Notes: a model not told the origin generated them from the letters alone. Shown: positions 35,843-48,608, counted from the stretch's first letter. The stretch is 64,000 nt of DNA from Escherichia coli (GCF_050920415.1 NZ_CP169309.1); one strand, 5' to 3'. A program made the numbers and translations.

Positions 35843-37537
35843 ATGTCAGATCAACTTCAAATGACAGATGGTATGCATATCATCGTTGAAGCATTAAAAC
35901 AGAATAATATTGACACTATTTATGGTGTTGTAGGTATTCCTGTGACGGATATGGCGCGCCATGCCCAGGCGGAAGGCATTCGTTATATTGGTTTTCGTCA
36001 TGAGCAATCTGCAGGCTATGCGGCTGCGGCAAGCGGTTTTCTTACCCAAAAGCCAGGGATCTGCCTGACCGTTTCTGCGCCAGGATTCCTCAATGGTTTG
36101 ACCGCATTGGCCAACGCAACAGTAAATGGTTTTCCGATGATCATGATCAGCGGCTCCAGCGATCGCGCGATCGTTGATCTCCAGCAAGGTGATTATGAAG
36201 AGCTGGACCAAATGAATGCGGCAAAACCCTATGCCAAAGCGGCATTCCGCGTTAACCAGCCGCAGGATCTTGGCATTGCGTTGGCACGCGCTATCCGGGT
36301 CTCCGTTTCGGGTCGCCCTGGTGGTGTTTATCTTGATTTGCCAGCAAATGTCCTGGCTGCGACGATGGAAAAAGACGAAGCATTAGCCACTATTGTTAAA
36401 GTTGAAAACCCATCGCCAGCGTTATTGCCATGCCCGAAGTCAGTCACTAGTGCAATTTCGCTGTTAGCAAAAGCAGAACGGCCATTAATTATCCTTGGTA
36501 AAGGCGCGGCGTATTCACAAGCTGATGAGCAGCTTCGTGAGTTTATTGAAAGTACCCAGATTCCATTCCTGCCAATGTCTATGGCGAAAGGGATCCTGGA
36601 AGATACGCATCCACTTTCTGCGGCGGCTGCGCGTTCGTTTGCGCTGGCAAATGCTGATGTTGTCATGCTTGTTGGGGCGCGACTGAATTGGTTACTGGCG
36701 CACGGTAAAAAAGGATGGGCGGCAGATACACAGTTTATTCAACTGGATATAGAACCGCAGGAAATTGACAGCAACCGCCCCATTGCTGTGCCAGTCGTTG
36801 GTGATATTGCATCCAGTATGCAAGGTATGCTGGCAGAACTGAAACAAAACACATTTACGACTCCACTGGTGTGGCGCGATATTTTAAATATCCACAAGCA
36901 GCAAAATGCGCAAAAAATGCATGAAAAGTTAAGTACAGATACCCAACCATTAAATTACTTTAATGCATTGAGTGCGGTGCGCGATGTATTGCGCGAGAAC
37001 CAGGATATTTATGTAGTTAATGAAGGGGCAAATACCCTGGATAATGCACGAAATATTATTGATATGTATAAACCACGTCGTCGTCTGGATTGTGGCACCT
37101 GGGGTGTCATGGGCATCGGTATGGGCTATGCCATCGGTGCTAGCGTGACCTCTGGTTCTCCGGTTGTCGCCATTGAAGGTGATAGTGCTTTTGGTTTCAG
37201 TGGGATGGAGATTGAAACGATTTGTCGATATAACCTGCCGGTGACGATCGTTATTTTTAATAATGGCGGCATCTACAGAGGAGACGGTGTTGATCTCAGT
37301 GGCGCTGGTGCACCATCACCAACAGATCTATTGCACCATGCAAGGTATGACAAATTAATGGATGCATTTCGTGGCGTTGGATATAACGTCACCACGACAG
37401 ATGAGCTTCGTCATGCGTTAACCACCGGTATTCAGTCGCGCAAACCGACCATTATTAATGTGGTCATCGACCCAGCAGCAGGAACTGAAAGTGGCCATAT
37501 TACCAAACTTAACCCAAAACAAGTCGCTGGTAATTAA
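35843..37537 (+). CDS. oxc: Oxalyl-CoA decarboxylase Oxc (ThDP-dependent)
   Basis: 564 aa; ThDP-binding motif region ([31 protein letters not shown]). Confidence 0.9.
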
Positions 37538-37605
37538 ATACTGACATCGTCTCCTCTTGCCAACTCATTATCGATGGTGAGGGGACCCTTATCGGAAATA
37601 CTATT

Positions 37606-38550
37606 ATGCTAACATTTTTTATTGGCGATTTATTGCCTATTATCGTAATCATGCTGTTGGGTTATTTTAGCGGCAGACGAGAAACTTTTTCAGAAGATCA
37701 AGCCCGGGCATTTAATAAACTGGTATTAAACTACGCTCTTCCTGCGGCCCTATTTGTTTCTATTACCCGGGCAAACAGGGAAATGATTTTTGCGGACACT
37801 CGCCTGACCCTTGTATCACTTGTGGTTATTGTCGGATGTTTCTTTTTCTCCTGGTTTGGTTGCTACAAATTTTTTAAACGTACCCATGCAGAAGCAGCAG
37901 TATGTGCATTAATTGCAGGTTCACCTACCATTGGATTCCTGGGGTTTGCAGTTCTCGACCCTATTTATGGTGATTCCGTATCAACAGGTTTAGTGGTAGC
38001 AATTATTTCTATTATTGTTAACGCAATTACTATTCCTATTGGTCTGTATTTGCTGAATCCCTCCTCAGGAGCGGATGGTAAGAAGAATAGCAATCTGAGC
38101 GCGTTAATCTCTGCGGCAAAGGAGCCAGTCGTATGGGCACCTGTTCTGGCAACGATCCTGGTGTTGGTTGGGGTAAAAATTCCGGCAGCATGGGATCCAA
38201 CCTTTAATCTGATTGCGAAGGCCAACTCAGGGGTAGCGGTATTCGCTGCGGGGTTGACTCTGGCTGCACATAAATTCGAGTTCAGTGCTGAAATTGCTTA
38301 TAACACCTTCCTGAAGCTGATTCTGATGCCACTGGCACTGCTTCTCGTTGGTATGGCATGTCATTTGAACAGCGAACATCTGCAGATGATGGTACTGGCA
38401 GGCGCATTACCGCCGGCATTCTCCGGAATCATTATTGCCAGCCGGTTTAATGTCTACACCCGCACTGGTACAGCGTCATTGGCTGTTAGCGTGCTGGGTT
38501 TTGTCGTCACGGCTCCCTTGTGGATTTATGTCAGTCGACTGGTTTCATAA
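37606..38550 (+). CDS. yfdV: AEC-family transporter YfdV
   Basis: 314-aa polytopic membrane protein. Confidence 0.85.
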
Positions 38551-38623
38551 TTAATCATGTTATTAATTTTCATAAATGCCGAAGAGTCTTTTCACCTTCG
38601 GCTTTTTTTCAAGGCATAAGCAA

Positions 38624-39769
38624 ATGACAAATACTAAAAGCAAAGGCCCATTTGAAGGGTTATTAGTTATTGATATGACTCATGTCCTTAATGGGCCTTT
38701 CGGAACTCAACTCCTTTGTAATATGGGCGCAAGGGTCATTAAAGTTGAGCCGCCGGGTCATGGTGATGATACCCGCACATTTGGTCCCTATGTGGATGGG
38801 CAGTCACTCTATTACAGTTTTATTAATCATGGCAAAGAGAGCGTGGTTCTTGATTTAAAGAATGACCACGATAAAAGTATATTTATAAATATGCTTAAAC
38901 AAGCGGATGTATTAGCTGAGAATTTTCGCCCAGGTACAATGGAAAAACTGGGATTTTCGTGGGAAACGCTACAAGAAATCAACCCACGCCTCATATATGC
39001 TTCATCGTCAGGTTTCGGACATACCGGTCCGCTAAAAGATGCTCCGGCCTACGATACCATTATTCAGGCAATGAGTGGAATAATGATGGAAACGGGATAT
39101 CCTGATGCTCCGCCAGTGCGTGTTGGCACCTCTCTTGCAGATCTCTGTGGCGGTGTCTATTTATTCAGTGGAATCGTGAGTGCGCTTTATGGCCGCGAAA
39201 AGAGCCAGCGAGGGGCGCATGTCGATATCGCGATGTTTGATGCCACTCTGAGTTTTCTGGAGCATGGACTGATGGCATATATCGCGACAGGGAAGTCACC
39301 ACAACGCCTGGGAAATCGCCATCCCTACATGGCTCCTTTTGATGTTTTCGATACTCAGGATAAACCAATTACTATTTGTTGTGGTAATGACAAGCTTTTT
39401 TCTGCGTTATGCCAGGCACTGGATCTGACGGAACTTGTTGATGATCCCCGATTTAACAGCAATATTTTACGTGTACAAAATCAAGCTATTCTTAAACAAT
39501 ATATTGAGCGGACGTTAAAAACGCAGGCAGCTGAAGTTTGGTTAGCCAGAATAAATGAAGTTGGTGTGCCTGTAGCGCCGCTATTAAGTGTGGCTGAGGC
39601 CATTAATTTGCCACAAACTCAGGCGAGAAATATGTTGATTGAAGCTGGCGGAATAATGATGCCGGGTAATCCGATAAAAATCAGCGGCTGCGCGGACCCG
39701 CATGTTATGCCGGGAGCGGCAACGCTCGACCAGCATGGGGAACAAATTCGCCATGAGTTCTCATCATAA
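38624..39769 (+). CDS. yfdE: Acetyl-CoA:oxalate CoA-transferase YfdE
   Basis: 381 aa from MTNTKSK (ORF track starts 16 codons upstream); paralogue of Frc. Confidence 0.85.
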   Translation: MTNTKSKGPFEGLLVIDMTHVLNGPFGTQLLCNMGARVIKVEPPGHGDDTRTFGPYVDGQSLYYSFINHGKESVVLDLKNDHDKSIFINMLKQADVLAENFRPGTMEKLGFSWETLQEINPRLIYASSSGFGHTGPLKDAPAYDTIIQAMSGIMMETGYPDAPPVRVGTSLADLCGGVYLFSGIVSALYGREKSQRGAHVDIAMFDATLSFLEHGLMAYIATGKSPQRLGNRHPYMAPFDVFDTQDKPITICCGNDKLFSALCQALDLTELVDDPRFNSNILRVQNQAILKQYIERTLKTQAAEVWLARINEVGVPVAPLLSVAEAINLPQTQARNMLIEAGGIMMPGNPIKISGCADPHVMPGAATLDQHGEQIRHEFSS

Positions 39770-39824
39770 ATGTAAGATGTGCTGGTAAATAGCTCCCACA
39801 TTTGAACCTTGTGGGAGCCGCTAT

Positions 39825-42800
39825 TTAGTCATTTTGTTGACAGAAAACCGCAATCTCCTGGTCTAACTCTGCAATGTGTTCTTTAACAGAGTTCAGCAAC
39901 TTAAGAATTTCAGGCTTGCTGTCATCTGAAACGGGCGTTATTTCTAACTGGTGGCTAAGATTAATCAACTTTTGCAAATTCAGGATGTTAGCCGCACCGT
40001 GGATGCGATGAATACACTGATGGAAAGTTCTGTTATCGCCAGCTTCTAACGCATGAAACGCAGCGGGTAGATCTTTATGCGTTTCATGCTGGAAAGTCAT
40101 GAGAATCTCCTGCATCAGTTGTAGATCGTTCGCCGTATTATTTTTCAGGGCCTCGATATCAAGGTGGCGATACTGAGGTGCAATATGTGCAACCTGGTGT
40201 AACTGACTTAAATGTGTTTTCAGTACATCCAGGGTTAACGGTTTGAACAAACATAAGTTCATGCCGCAATTTAACCCTTTTTCACGTTCGTTAGCCTGTG
40301 CGTTGGCTGTAAGCCCCCAGATGGGTAAGGAAGAATTTTGCTCACGGAGTTTGCGAGTCAACTCAAAACCATCCATATTCGGCATATTAACGTCAGTAAT
40401 AAGCAGATCATAATGTTGCATACTGACTTTGTGTAGCGCTTGCACACCATCAGTTGCTTCATCAACATCATATCCTAATAGGTTTAGCTGGCGTTTGAGT
40501 AATAGCCTGTTGGTCGGATGATCATCCGCGATTAATATGCTCAACTTTTCAGGGAGTGTCATAGGTTGTTCTGCTTTTGCCTCGACAGTCGCCACTTGTT
40601 GGGTAATTTCTACCGGGATTGTGATCGTAAATGTCGTTCCTATGCCTGGATGACTTTCTAATGACAAATCGCCCTGCATGTTTTTAATTAATTCTTTGCA
40701 GATCATTAAGCCTAAACCAGAACCTGTTTGCTGACGACCTGCTGTTGTTTGGCTATAGCGTTTAAACAGTTGTTGTTGTTCTTCCTGAGATAATCCGCTT
40801 CCGGTGTCCATAATGGTCATTTTGATAACAGCGTGGTTGTCATCAATATGAACCAGGGAAGTCGTAATTTTTACTGCCCCCTCGGTGGTAAATTTAAGGG
40901 CATTACTCAGTAAATTAGACAGCACCTGCTTAAATGCTTGAGGGTCGATTTTAACCAGGTAGCGTTCAGGAAGCGTACTGCTGCAATTTAATGCGATGGA
41001 TTTGCTTGCAGCAATCGCACCGAAAGAATGACAAGTGTTCTGGACTAAAGTAGGGATATCGACCCATTGTGGTTGAAGTTGATAGTTACCCGACTCAATT
41101 TTGTCGACATCAAGGATTTCACCAATTAAGCCGAGGAGCGACTGTCCGGTGGCGTAAGCAAGTGAAATCGCCTCCACACGTTGCTCCTTGCTAAGACCTG
41201 AACCCGACAGAAGTTCCAGGAAGCCCATAATGGAGCTTATTGGTGTTCTTATTTCGTGACTCATTGTTGCCAGGAACTGGCTTTTTGCGACAGTTGCATT
41301 GATCGCTTTATTTCTTTCTACTTCGAGTGCATGAATTAAATCACGCGTCTCGGTAATATCTTGCCAACCACAAATATATACTGCATTGTCACTTGCAGGT
41401 AAATTGCATAATGTATGCCAATGATTAATGCATCTTTTTTCAGTACCATTATTAATTTCAAAAACTTGGCTATATATTGTTCTGTTTTCTTTTGTTTCTG
41501 CTGTGACTTCATGCACATTAGAAAAAACATCTTTAAAGGGGGAGTCACTGTTTTCTAATGGTAACATTGCATTTTTGTAGTAATCAGCAGTGAAATAATG
41601 TTCAAATGCACTATTGTGACTAATGACATTACCTTGCCAGTTTACAACATAAGTTGGATTCGGTAAGGAATCCGAGAGTGCTTTCCGGAATGATATTTGG
41701 TTTTCTAAATCACCCTGAATTACCTTACGACGACGAACTGAGCGTAACAGGTAGAATCCCCATAAAAGGCTACTGCCAACTAATAAAACGGATAAAGTCG
41801 TAACAATGTAAAATTGCTCACTATAGAGGTCCCATGTGTCAATGGTCACATTGGGCATTTTGATCCATTTTTCCGTCAGGCGCAGAACTTCGCTTGGGGG
41901 AATTGCATTCAATGCTTTATTAATAATATCCTTAAGTTCTGGTTCTCCGCGAGGAAAAGCGAACGAAAGCGATGCATTCTCAACGCCGGGAATAAGAAAA
42001 TGATAAAGCTCATTAGGATAGTAATGGTCGATCATGTAACGCGAATTTAGCTGTGTCGCGACCAGGGCATCAAGTTCACCTTCCTTAACCTTGTGAAATG
42101 CAGCGCTAGCATTATCGACTTGTATCCACTCAACCTCCGGATACATCTCTTTCAATTGCGAATGAAGCTCATAATAATATGGAATGGCAACTTTCATTCC
42201 TTTTTTTAAAGTTTGTTCACTATCAGGCGCTTTTTGCATGACGAAAACGTAAGGCGTTGTTATGAATGCTTCAGCAAATAAAACATTATTTTCTCGATCT
42301 TCACTATAAATAGCGCCAGGTAAGATATCCCATCCATCGGGATTAAGCTGTGTTCCGGCATGGATATTGTGTGAAACGGTGATCGGAGAAAATCTTAAAC
42401 CTGTTTGCAATGTAATAATATTAAGAATATCCCCCATAACGCCCCGAACCGAGCCATTTTCATCAGTCATAGAATAGGGAGGGGAGTAAGGATTTTCCAG
42501 CACCTTTAAATCGGGATGTTGCTTAATCCACTGTTTTTCATGTTCAGTGAGTTCTAATGGTTTGTTCAGAAAGGCCAGGTTTCCTGTATCAAGCCAATTT
42601 TGTGATACTTCATAGCGAACTTCATTTGTTAAAGCATCAACAAACCGATTGAGTACTTCATTAAGAATGACGGATTCTTTTCTGGTCAAGAAAAAATTAT
42701 ATTGACGCGGCGAGTTATAATATTTCACTACATTTAAGGAGTGAGTGAAATAGCGGGAAATCATACTGCTGGTAATGATGTTACTACCAATAAAGTAATC

Positions 42801-43418
42801 ATTATGTCCGGTAGAAACGGATGCTAATGCCTGATATAAATTTGTAAAAGAGATAATTGTTGCTTTTGGAAATGATTGATGAATTACCTCGTCTGGGGGG
42901 TAATTTGCTACCCGAGCAATATTTACTGGTTTTGGTGAGGTAAGCGGTCGCATTGAGTCGTGAAGGGTGGTTACCAGCGCCGGAAAGGTAATTATCAATG
43001 GTTTGGTTGCAGCAATGTCATTATTAAGAGGCGGCGAAGTAACTAAATGTGATAACACTATATCGACTTCACCTTCTGCAAGCGCGTCCATTGCTTTTTG
43101 ATGATCTGCGTATTCCCGGAGTGTTAATTTGATATTTAACGCTCTTTTTAAAAGATTTAAATAATCAGCATTAATACCACGAACCCGTTGCTGCGAATCG
43201 GTATGCAACAACGTAGCCGTTTGGGACTTGTGTACTGCAATCACAAGATTTTTTTTGCTCGCTAACCAACGTAATTCCTTGTTGCTCAGACGTAGTGGAT
43301 CAAGCGTGACACGGTTGTTACTACTGATGCCACGATATTCGATGTAATCTTCGTCTGCGAAACTTATGGTCGACCAAAGACCACAACAGAGAAGAAAAAA
43401 ATAGGGTAAAAACTTCAT
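39825..43418 (-). CDS. evgS: Hybrid sensor histidine kinase EvgS
   Basis: 1197 aa; two periplasmic solute-binding-like domains, TM, PAS, HisKA (MSHEIRTP), HATPase, receiver and HPt domains. Confidence 0.95.
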   Translation of the reverse strand: MKFLPYFFLLCCGLWSTISFADEDYIEYRGISSNNRVTLDPLRLSNKELRWLASKKNLVIAVHKSQTATLLHTDSQQRVRGINADYLNLLKRALNIKLTLREYADHQKAMDALAEGEVDIVLSHLVTSPPLNNDIAATKPLIITFPALVTTLHDSMRPLTSPKPVNIARVANYPPDEVIHQSFPKATIISFTNLYQALASVSTGHNDYFIGSNIITSSMISRYFTHSLNVVKYYNSPRQYNFFLTRKESVILNEVLNRFVDALTNEVRYEVSQNWLDTGNLAFLNKPLELTEHEKQWIKQHPDLKVLENPYSPPYSMTDENGSVRGVMGDILNIITLQTGLRFSPITVSHNIHAGTQLNPDGWDILPGAIYSEDRENNVLFAEAFITTPYVFVMQKAPDSEQTLKKGMKVAIPYYYELHSQLKEMYPEVEWIQVDNASAAFHKVKEGELDALVATQLNSRYMIDHYYPNELYHFLIPGVENASLSFAFPRGEPELKDIINKALNAIPPSEVLRLTEKWIKMPNVTIDTWDLYSEQFYIVTTLSVLLVGSSLLWGFYLLRSVRRRKVIQGDLENQISFRKALSDSLPNPTYVVNWQGNVISHNSAFEHYFTADYYKNAMLPLENSDSPFKDVFSNVHEVTAETKENRTIYSQVFEINNGTEKRCINHWHTLCNLPASDNAVYICGWQDITETRDLIHALEVERNKAINATVAKSQFLATMSHEIRTPISSIMGFLELLSGSGLSKEQRVEAISLAYATGQSLLGLIGEILDVDKIESGNYQLQPQWVDIPTLVQNTCHSFGAIAASKSIALNCSSTLPERYLVKIDPQAFKQVLSNLLSNALKFTTEGAVKITTSLVHIDDNHAVIKMTIMDTGSGLSQEEQQQLFKRYSQTTAGRQQTGSGLGLMICKELIKNMQGDLSLESHPGIGTTFTITIPVEITQQVATVEAKAEQPMTLPEKLSILIADDHPTNRLLLKRQLNLLGYDVDEATDGVQALHKVSMQHYDLLITDVNMPNMDGFELTRKLREQNSSLPIWGLTANAQANEREKGLNCGMNLCLFKPLTLDVLKTHLSQLHQVAHIAPQYRHLDIEALKNNTANDLQLMQEILMTFQHETHKDLPAAFHALEAGDNRTFHQCIHRIHGAANILNLQKLINLSHQLEITPVSDDSKPEILKLLNSVKEHIAELDQEIAVFCQQND

Positions 43419-43422
43419 GTGA

Positions 43423-44037
43423 TTAGCCGATTTTGTTACGTTGCGCGAATGTGTAAAGATCCATCAGTGATTTACATTCTAATTTTTCCATCAGGCGACT
43501 TTTATACGTGCTGACAGTTTTGTTGCTGATGAACATTTTTTCCGCAATGTCATTATTGTCCTTGCCATCAAGAATATACCTCATGACACTAATTTCTTGT
43601 TTCGATAAGGAGTCGAGTTTTTGCTGGTCGGACGTTAAACTTCCAACAAACCGGTTGAGAGAGAAAGGGAAATAGCAGTAGCCATTTTTTGCAGCTTCAA
43701 TAGCCGCAATGATATTGTTCATGCCTTCTTTTTTACTCACGAATCCATTAGCGCCAGCATCAGCACAATGTTTCCCGTAAAAATGGTCATTTTTAGCGGA
43801 GACGATAATAATAATTCCGCTATATTGGCGCTTCCTCAGCGTTTCTAACACCTGGATACCGTTAACTCCGGGGATATCGACATCAATGATGACGATATCA
43901 GGTTTAAGTGTTTCCACCCGCTGAACGGCACTTCCCCCTTCAGTCAACTCCGCTAAGATTTCAATATCGTTTTTGATCAATAAATTACGAATTGCTGCGA
44001 TAGCAAGAGGATGGTCATCAATAATTATTGCGTTCAT
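43423..44037 (-). CDS. evgA: Response regulator EvgA (NarL/LuxR family)
   Basis: 204 aa; receiver domain plus LuxR-type HTH. Confidence 0.95.
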   Translation of the reverse strand: MNAIIIDDHPLAIAAIRNLLIKNDIEILAELTEGGSAVQRVETLKPDIVIIDVDIPGVNGIQVLETLRKRQYSGIIIIVSAKNDHFYGKHCADAGANGFVSKKEGMNNIIAAIEAAKNGYCYFPFSLNRFVGSLTSDQQKLDSLSKQEISVMRYILDGKDNNDIAEKMFISNKTVSTYKSRLMEKLECKSLMDLYTFAQRNKIG

Positions 44038-44452
44038 AGATTATTCCCTTTGCAATGAAGCATCTCCCTTCTCCCTGTAGTAATACAGACATAAGGCATC
44101 ATCTCATTTTCTCAATCAAAATAAGAAAATTTGAGCTTCCTTTAAGATAATTCAACAAGTATACCATATAAATAGTCGGCATAAATGAAATGTCAACAAT
44201 AAAATCAGGGATAATACCGCTAACTTATAGTTTCAAATGAGTACTATAAGGCTTCTTATTAATCCTACAGGCGTAAGAATTGTATTGCAAAAGTCACGGT
44301 TTAGTCCTCTGTTGTATCTTCTGCAACTCCTTTAAATTAGGCCTCCAACGTTCCTGGGATAATGTGTAACACATGCACTGTGTTTGATATGAAGAATGAA
44401 TACTCTTTTCATTCAATTCATAAATTTCATCTATGCGAAATGAGAGATAATA

Positions 44453-45616
44453 GTGGAACAGATTAATTCAAATAAAAAACATTCTGACAGAAGAAAATAT
44501 TTTGCTTTATTAGCAGTGGTTTTATTTATTGCGTTTTCAGGAGCCTATGCCTATTGGTCACTGGAATTAGAAGACATGATTAGTACAGATGACGCCTATG
44601 TTACGGGGAATGCTGATCCAATTTCTGCACAAGTCTCAGGCAGTGTCACTGTCGTTAATCATAAAGATACGAACTTTGTTCGACAGGGTGACATTTTAGT
44701 TTCACTGGATAAAACTGATGCTACGATTGCACTCAATAAAGCTAAAAATAATCTGGCAAATATTGTGCGACAAACGAATAAACTATACTTACAGGATAAA
44801 CAATACAGTGCCGAAGTCGCTTCAGCACGTATCCAGTATCAACAATCTTTAGAAGATTATAATCGTCGTGTGCCGCTAGCAAAGCAGGGGGTTATTTCAA
44901 AAGAAACGCTGGAGCACACCAAAGATACGTTAATAAGTAGCAAAGCGGCATTGAATGCAGCTATTCAGGCTTATAAAGCGAACAAAGCCTTAGTAATGAA
45001 CACACCATTAAATCGCCAGCCACAAGTTGTTGAAGCTGCGGATGCAACCAAAGAAGCCTGGTTAGCGCTTAAGCGTACGGATATTAAGAGTCCGGTTACT
45101 GGTTATATTGCCCAGCGAAGTGTGCAGGTTGGCGAAACAGTGAGTCCTGGACAATCGTTAATGGCTGTCGTACCGGCACGTCAAATGTGGGTTAATGCCA
45201 ACTTTAAAGAAACACAACTCACGGATGTACGGATTGGTCAATCGGTTAATATAATCAGCGATCTTTATGGTGAAAATGTTGTGTTTCATGGTCGGGTGAC
45301 AGGGATCAATATGGGAACCGGCAATGCGTTCTCCTTATTACCTGCACAAAATGCGACAGGGAACTGGATCAAAATCGTTCAGCGTGTACCGGTTGAGGTG
45401 TCTCTGGATCCAAAAGAACTCATGGAACATCCCTTGCGCATTGGTTTATCGATGACTGCAACCATTGATACCAGGAACGAAGACATTGCCGATATGCCTG
45501 ATCTGGCTTCATCCGTGACGTCAATGCCTGCTTACACCAGTAAGGCCTTAGTTATCGATACCAGTCCGATAGAAAAAGAGATTAACAACATTATTTCTCA
45601 TAATGGACAACTTTAA
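44453..45616 (+). CDS. emrK: Multidrug efflux membrane fusion protein EmrK
   Basis: 387 aa; HlyD-family periplasmic adaptor. Confidence 0.9.
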   Translation: MEQINSNKKHSDRRKYFALLAVVLFIAFSGAYAYWSLELEDMISTDDAYVTGNADPISAQVSGSVTVVNHKDTNFVRQGDILVSLDKTDATIALNKAKNNLANIVRQTNKLYLQDKQYSAEVASARIQYQQSLEDYNRRVPLAKQGVISKETLEHTKDTLISSKAALNAAIQAYKANKALVMNTPLNRQPQVVEAADATKEAWLALKRTDIKSPVTGYIAQRSVQVGETVSPGQSLMAVVPARQMWVNANFKETQLTDVRIGQSVNIISDLYGENVVFHGRVTGINMGTGNAFSLLPAQNATGNWIKIVQRVPVEVSLDPKELMEHPLRIGLSMTATIDTRNEDIADMPDLASSVTSMPAYTSKALVIDTSPIEKEINNIISHNGQL

Positions 45617-47154
45617 TGGCAATCACTAAATCAACTCCGGCACCATTAACCGGTGGGACGTTATGGTGCGTCACTATTGCATTGTCATTAGCGACGTTTA
45701 TGCAAATGTTGGACTCCACTATTTCTAACGTCGCAATACCCACAATATCTGGCTTTCTCGGAGCATCAACGGACGAAGGCACATGGGTTATCACATCGTT
45801 TGGCGTAGCAAATGCCATTGCGATCCCTGTTACCGGCAGGCTGGCACAAAGAATAGGCGAATTAAGGTTATTTTTACTATCAGTAACCTTCTTTTCGCTG
45901 TCTTCATTAATGTGTAGTCTTTCGACTAATCTTGATGTTCTTATATTTTTTAGAGTCGTCCAGGGATTAATGGCGGGGCCGTTAATTCCATTGTCACAGA
46001 GTTTATTATTAAGGAATTATCCGCCAGAAAAAAGAACATTTGCTTTGGCGTTATGGTCAATGACCGTAATTATCGCTCCGATTTGTGGGCCGATATTGGG
46101 TGGCTATATTTGTGATAACTTTAGTTGGGGATGGATATTTTTAATCAATGTCCCTATGGGGATTATCGTCCTGACATTATGTTTAACTTTACTTAAAGGA
46201 AGAGAAACTGAAACTTCACCGGTCAAAATGAATTTACCAGGGTTGACCCTGTTAGTGCTCGGTGTTGGTGGCTTGCAAATTATGCTTGATAAAGGGCGCG
46301 ATCTGGATTGGTTTAACTCGAGTACAATCATAATATTAACAATAGTGTCAATTATTTCTCTGATCTCTTTAGTCATTTGGGAGTCGACCTCAGAGAACCC
46401 AATTCTTGACCTCAGTTTATTCAAGTCGCGTAATTTCACCATTGGTATTGTGTGTATCACATGCGCATATTTATTTTACTCTGGGGCGATTGTACTTATG
46501 CCGCAGTTGCTGCAGGAAACTATGGGGTATAATGCGATATGGGCCGGGCTTGCCTATGCGCCAATCGGCATAATGCCACTATTAATATCGCCTTTAATAG
46601 GACGTTATGGCAACAAAATTGATATGCGTGCATTGGTTACATTTAGTTTTTTGATGTATGCGGTTTGCTATTACTGGCGTTCTGTGACATTTATGCCAAC
46701 GATTGATTTCACAGGCATCATTTTGCCACAGTTTTTCCAGGGATTCGCCGTTGCCTGTTTCTTTTTACCCTTAACAACGATTTCGTTTTCAGGGTTGCCA
46801 GATAATAAATTTGCCAATGCCTCGAGTATGAGTAATTTTTTTCGTACCCTGTCAGGATCAGTTGGTACGTCGTTGACAATGACGTTGTGGGGACGACGCG
46901 AATCGTTACACCATAGTCAGTTGACAGCAACCATCGATCAATTTAACCCCGTGTTTAATTCATCATCACAAATTATGGATAAATACTATGGTTCGCTTTC
47001 AGGGGTTCTTAATGAAATTAATAATGAAATAACTCAGCAGTCACTTTCAATTTCTGCAAATGAGATTTTCCGTATGGCGGCTATTGCTTTTATCTTACTT
47101 ACGGTATTGGTTTGGTTTGCGAAACCGCCGTTTACAGCGAAAGGTGTTGGGTGA
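45616..47154 (+). CDS. emrY: Multidrug efflux MFS transporter EmrY
   Basis: 512 aa, 14-TM MFS (EmrB-like); translationally coupled to emrK. Confidence 0.9.
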   Translation: MAITKSTPAPLTGGTLWCVTIALSLATFMQMLDSTISNVAIPTISGFLGASTDEGTWVITSFGVANAIAIPVTGRLAQRIGELRLFLLSVTFFSLSSLMCSLSTNLDVLIFFRVVQGLMAGPLIPLSQSLLLRNYPPEKRTFALALWSMTVIIAPICGPILGGYICDNFSWGWIFLINVPMGIIVLTLCLTLLKGRETETSPVKMNLPGLTLLVLGVGGLQIMLDKGRDLDWFNSSTIIILTIVSIISLISLVIWESTSENPILDLSLFKSRNFTIGIVCITCAYLFYSGAIVLMPQLLQETMGYNAIWAGLAYAPIGIMPLLISPLIGRYGNKIDMRALVTFSFLMYAVCYYWRSVTFMPTIDFTGIILPQFFQGFAVACFFLPLTTISFSGLPDNKFANASSMSNFFRTLSGSVGTSLTMTLWGRRESLHHSQLTATIDQFNPVFNSSSQIMDKYYGSLSGVLNEINNEITQQSLSISANEIFRMAAIAFILLTVLVWFAKPPFTAKGVG

Positions 47155-47262
47155 TGGTAAAAAGAGAGAGCTATAGCAGGTAAGACGGTAGAATCTTAAG
47201 CCTGCGCCATCGGCAGCATCGTTCACCCAGGGAAAGGATGGTGATGCTGCGTTGAAACGTTA

Positions 47263-48591
47263 TTAACGGCCTTTAGCCAGATATTGCTTCATCTCTTCTT
47301 CCGGCACCATTCCACCTCCTGTCGCCCACACCAGATGAGTGGCATTACGCAGTTGTTCTGTGCTGAAACCTTGCATCTGTTGGTAACTTACTGATGCGCA
47401 CACGCGCTGAGGCCCAGCCATACCCGCCAGTGCTGAAGGTTCAAGACGAATGTCTTCTTCCTGCGCCAGCCAGCCAAGCATGTCATACATGGTTTGATCG
47501 CTAAGGGTATAGAAGCCATCCAGCAGACGCTCCATTGCTCGCCCGACAAAGCCTGATGCGCGACCAACAGCAAGGCCATCCGCTGCGGTAAGGTTGTCGA
47601 TACCAATATCCTGAACAGAAATCTGATTGTGTAGTCCGGTATGGACGCCTAACAGCATACAAGGAGAGTGCGTGGGTTCGGCAAAAAAGCAGTGAACATG
47701 ATCGCCAAATGCCAGTTTAAGACCGAATGCGACGCCACCAGGACCACCGCCAACGCCACACGGCAGATAGACAAACAGAGGGTTACCAGCATCGACGATA
47801 CGACCTTGCTGGGCAAATTGCGCTTTAAGACGCTGGCCTGCGACGGAATACCCAAGGAACAACGTGCGGGAATTCTCGTCATCAATAAAGAAACAGTTCG
47901 GGTCAGACTGCGCTGCTTTACGTCCTTCCTCGACGGCAACCCCATAATCTTGCTCATATTCCACGACCGTAACGCCATGGCTGCGCAGTTTCGCTTTTTT
48001 CCATGCCCGGGCATCAGCAGACATATGTACTGTCACCTTAAAGCCAATGCGGGCGCTCATAATACCGATTGATAACCCCAGATTTCCGGTTGAGCCCACA
48101 GCAATGCTGTATTGGCTAAAGAACTGCTTAAACTCCGGAGAAAGCAGTTTGCTGTAGTCATCTTCAAGCGTCAGCAACCCTGCTTCCAGAGCCAGTTTTT
48201 CTGCATGTGCCAGGGCTTCATAAATCCCGCCGCGTGCTTTTATGGAGCCGGAAATAGGCAAATGGCTATCTTTTTTCAGTAACAGTTGCCCGCTGATCGG
48301 TTGCTGATATTCCTTTTCCAGCCGTTTTTGCATAGCCGGAATGGCAACCAGTTCTGATTCAATAATCCCTCCAGAGGCAGCCGTTTCAGGAAATGCTTTT
48401 GCCAGATAGGGGGCAAAACGAGATAAGCGCGCATGGGCGTCTTGAACATCCTGTTCGGTCAGGCCAACATAAGGTAAACCTTCAGCCAATGAGGTCGTGC
48501 CAGGATTGAACCAGGTGGTTTCTTTAAGAGCAACCAGATCCTTTACCAACGGATACTGGGCGATGAGCGAGTTCATTTTAGCGTTTTCCAT
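47263..48591 (-). CDS. dsdA: D-serine ammonia-lyase (D-serine dehydratase)
   Basis: 442 aa; PLP-lysine motif region ([13 protein letters not shown]). Confidence 0.95.
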   Translation of the reverse strand: MENAKMNSLIAQYPLVKDLVALKETTWFNPGTTSLAEGLPYVGLTEQDVQDAHARLSRFAPYLAKAFPETAASGGIIESELVAIPAMQKRLEKEYQQPISGQLLLKKDSHLPISGSIKARGGIYEALAHAEKLALEAGLLTLEDDYSKLLSPEFKQFFSQYSIAVGSTGNLGLSIGIMSARIGFKVTVHMSADARAWKKAKLRSHGVTVVEYEQDYGVAVEEGRKAAQSDPNCFFIDDENSRTLFLGYSVAGQRLKAQFAQQGRIVDAGNPLFVYLPCGVGGGPGGVAFGLKLAFGDHVHCFFAEPTHSPCMLLGVHTGLHNQISVQDIGIDNLTAADGLAVGRASGFVGRAMERLLDGFYTLSDQTMYDMLGWLAQEEDIRLEPSALAGMAGPQRVCASVSYQQMQGFSTEQLRNATHLVWATGGGMVPEEEMKQYLAKGR

Positions 48592-48608
48592 AGTACGTCT
48601 CTTTGCGC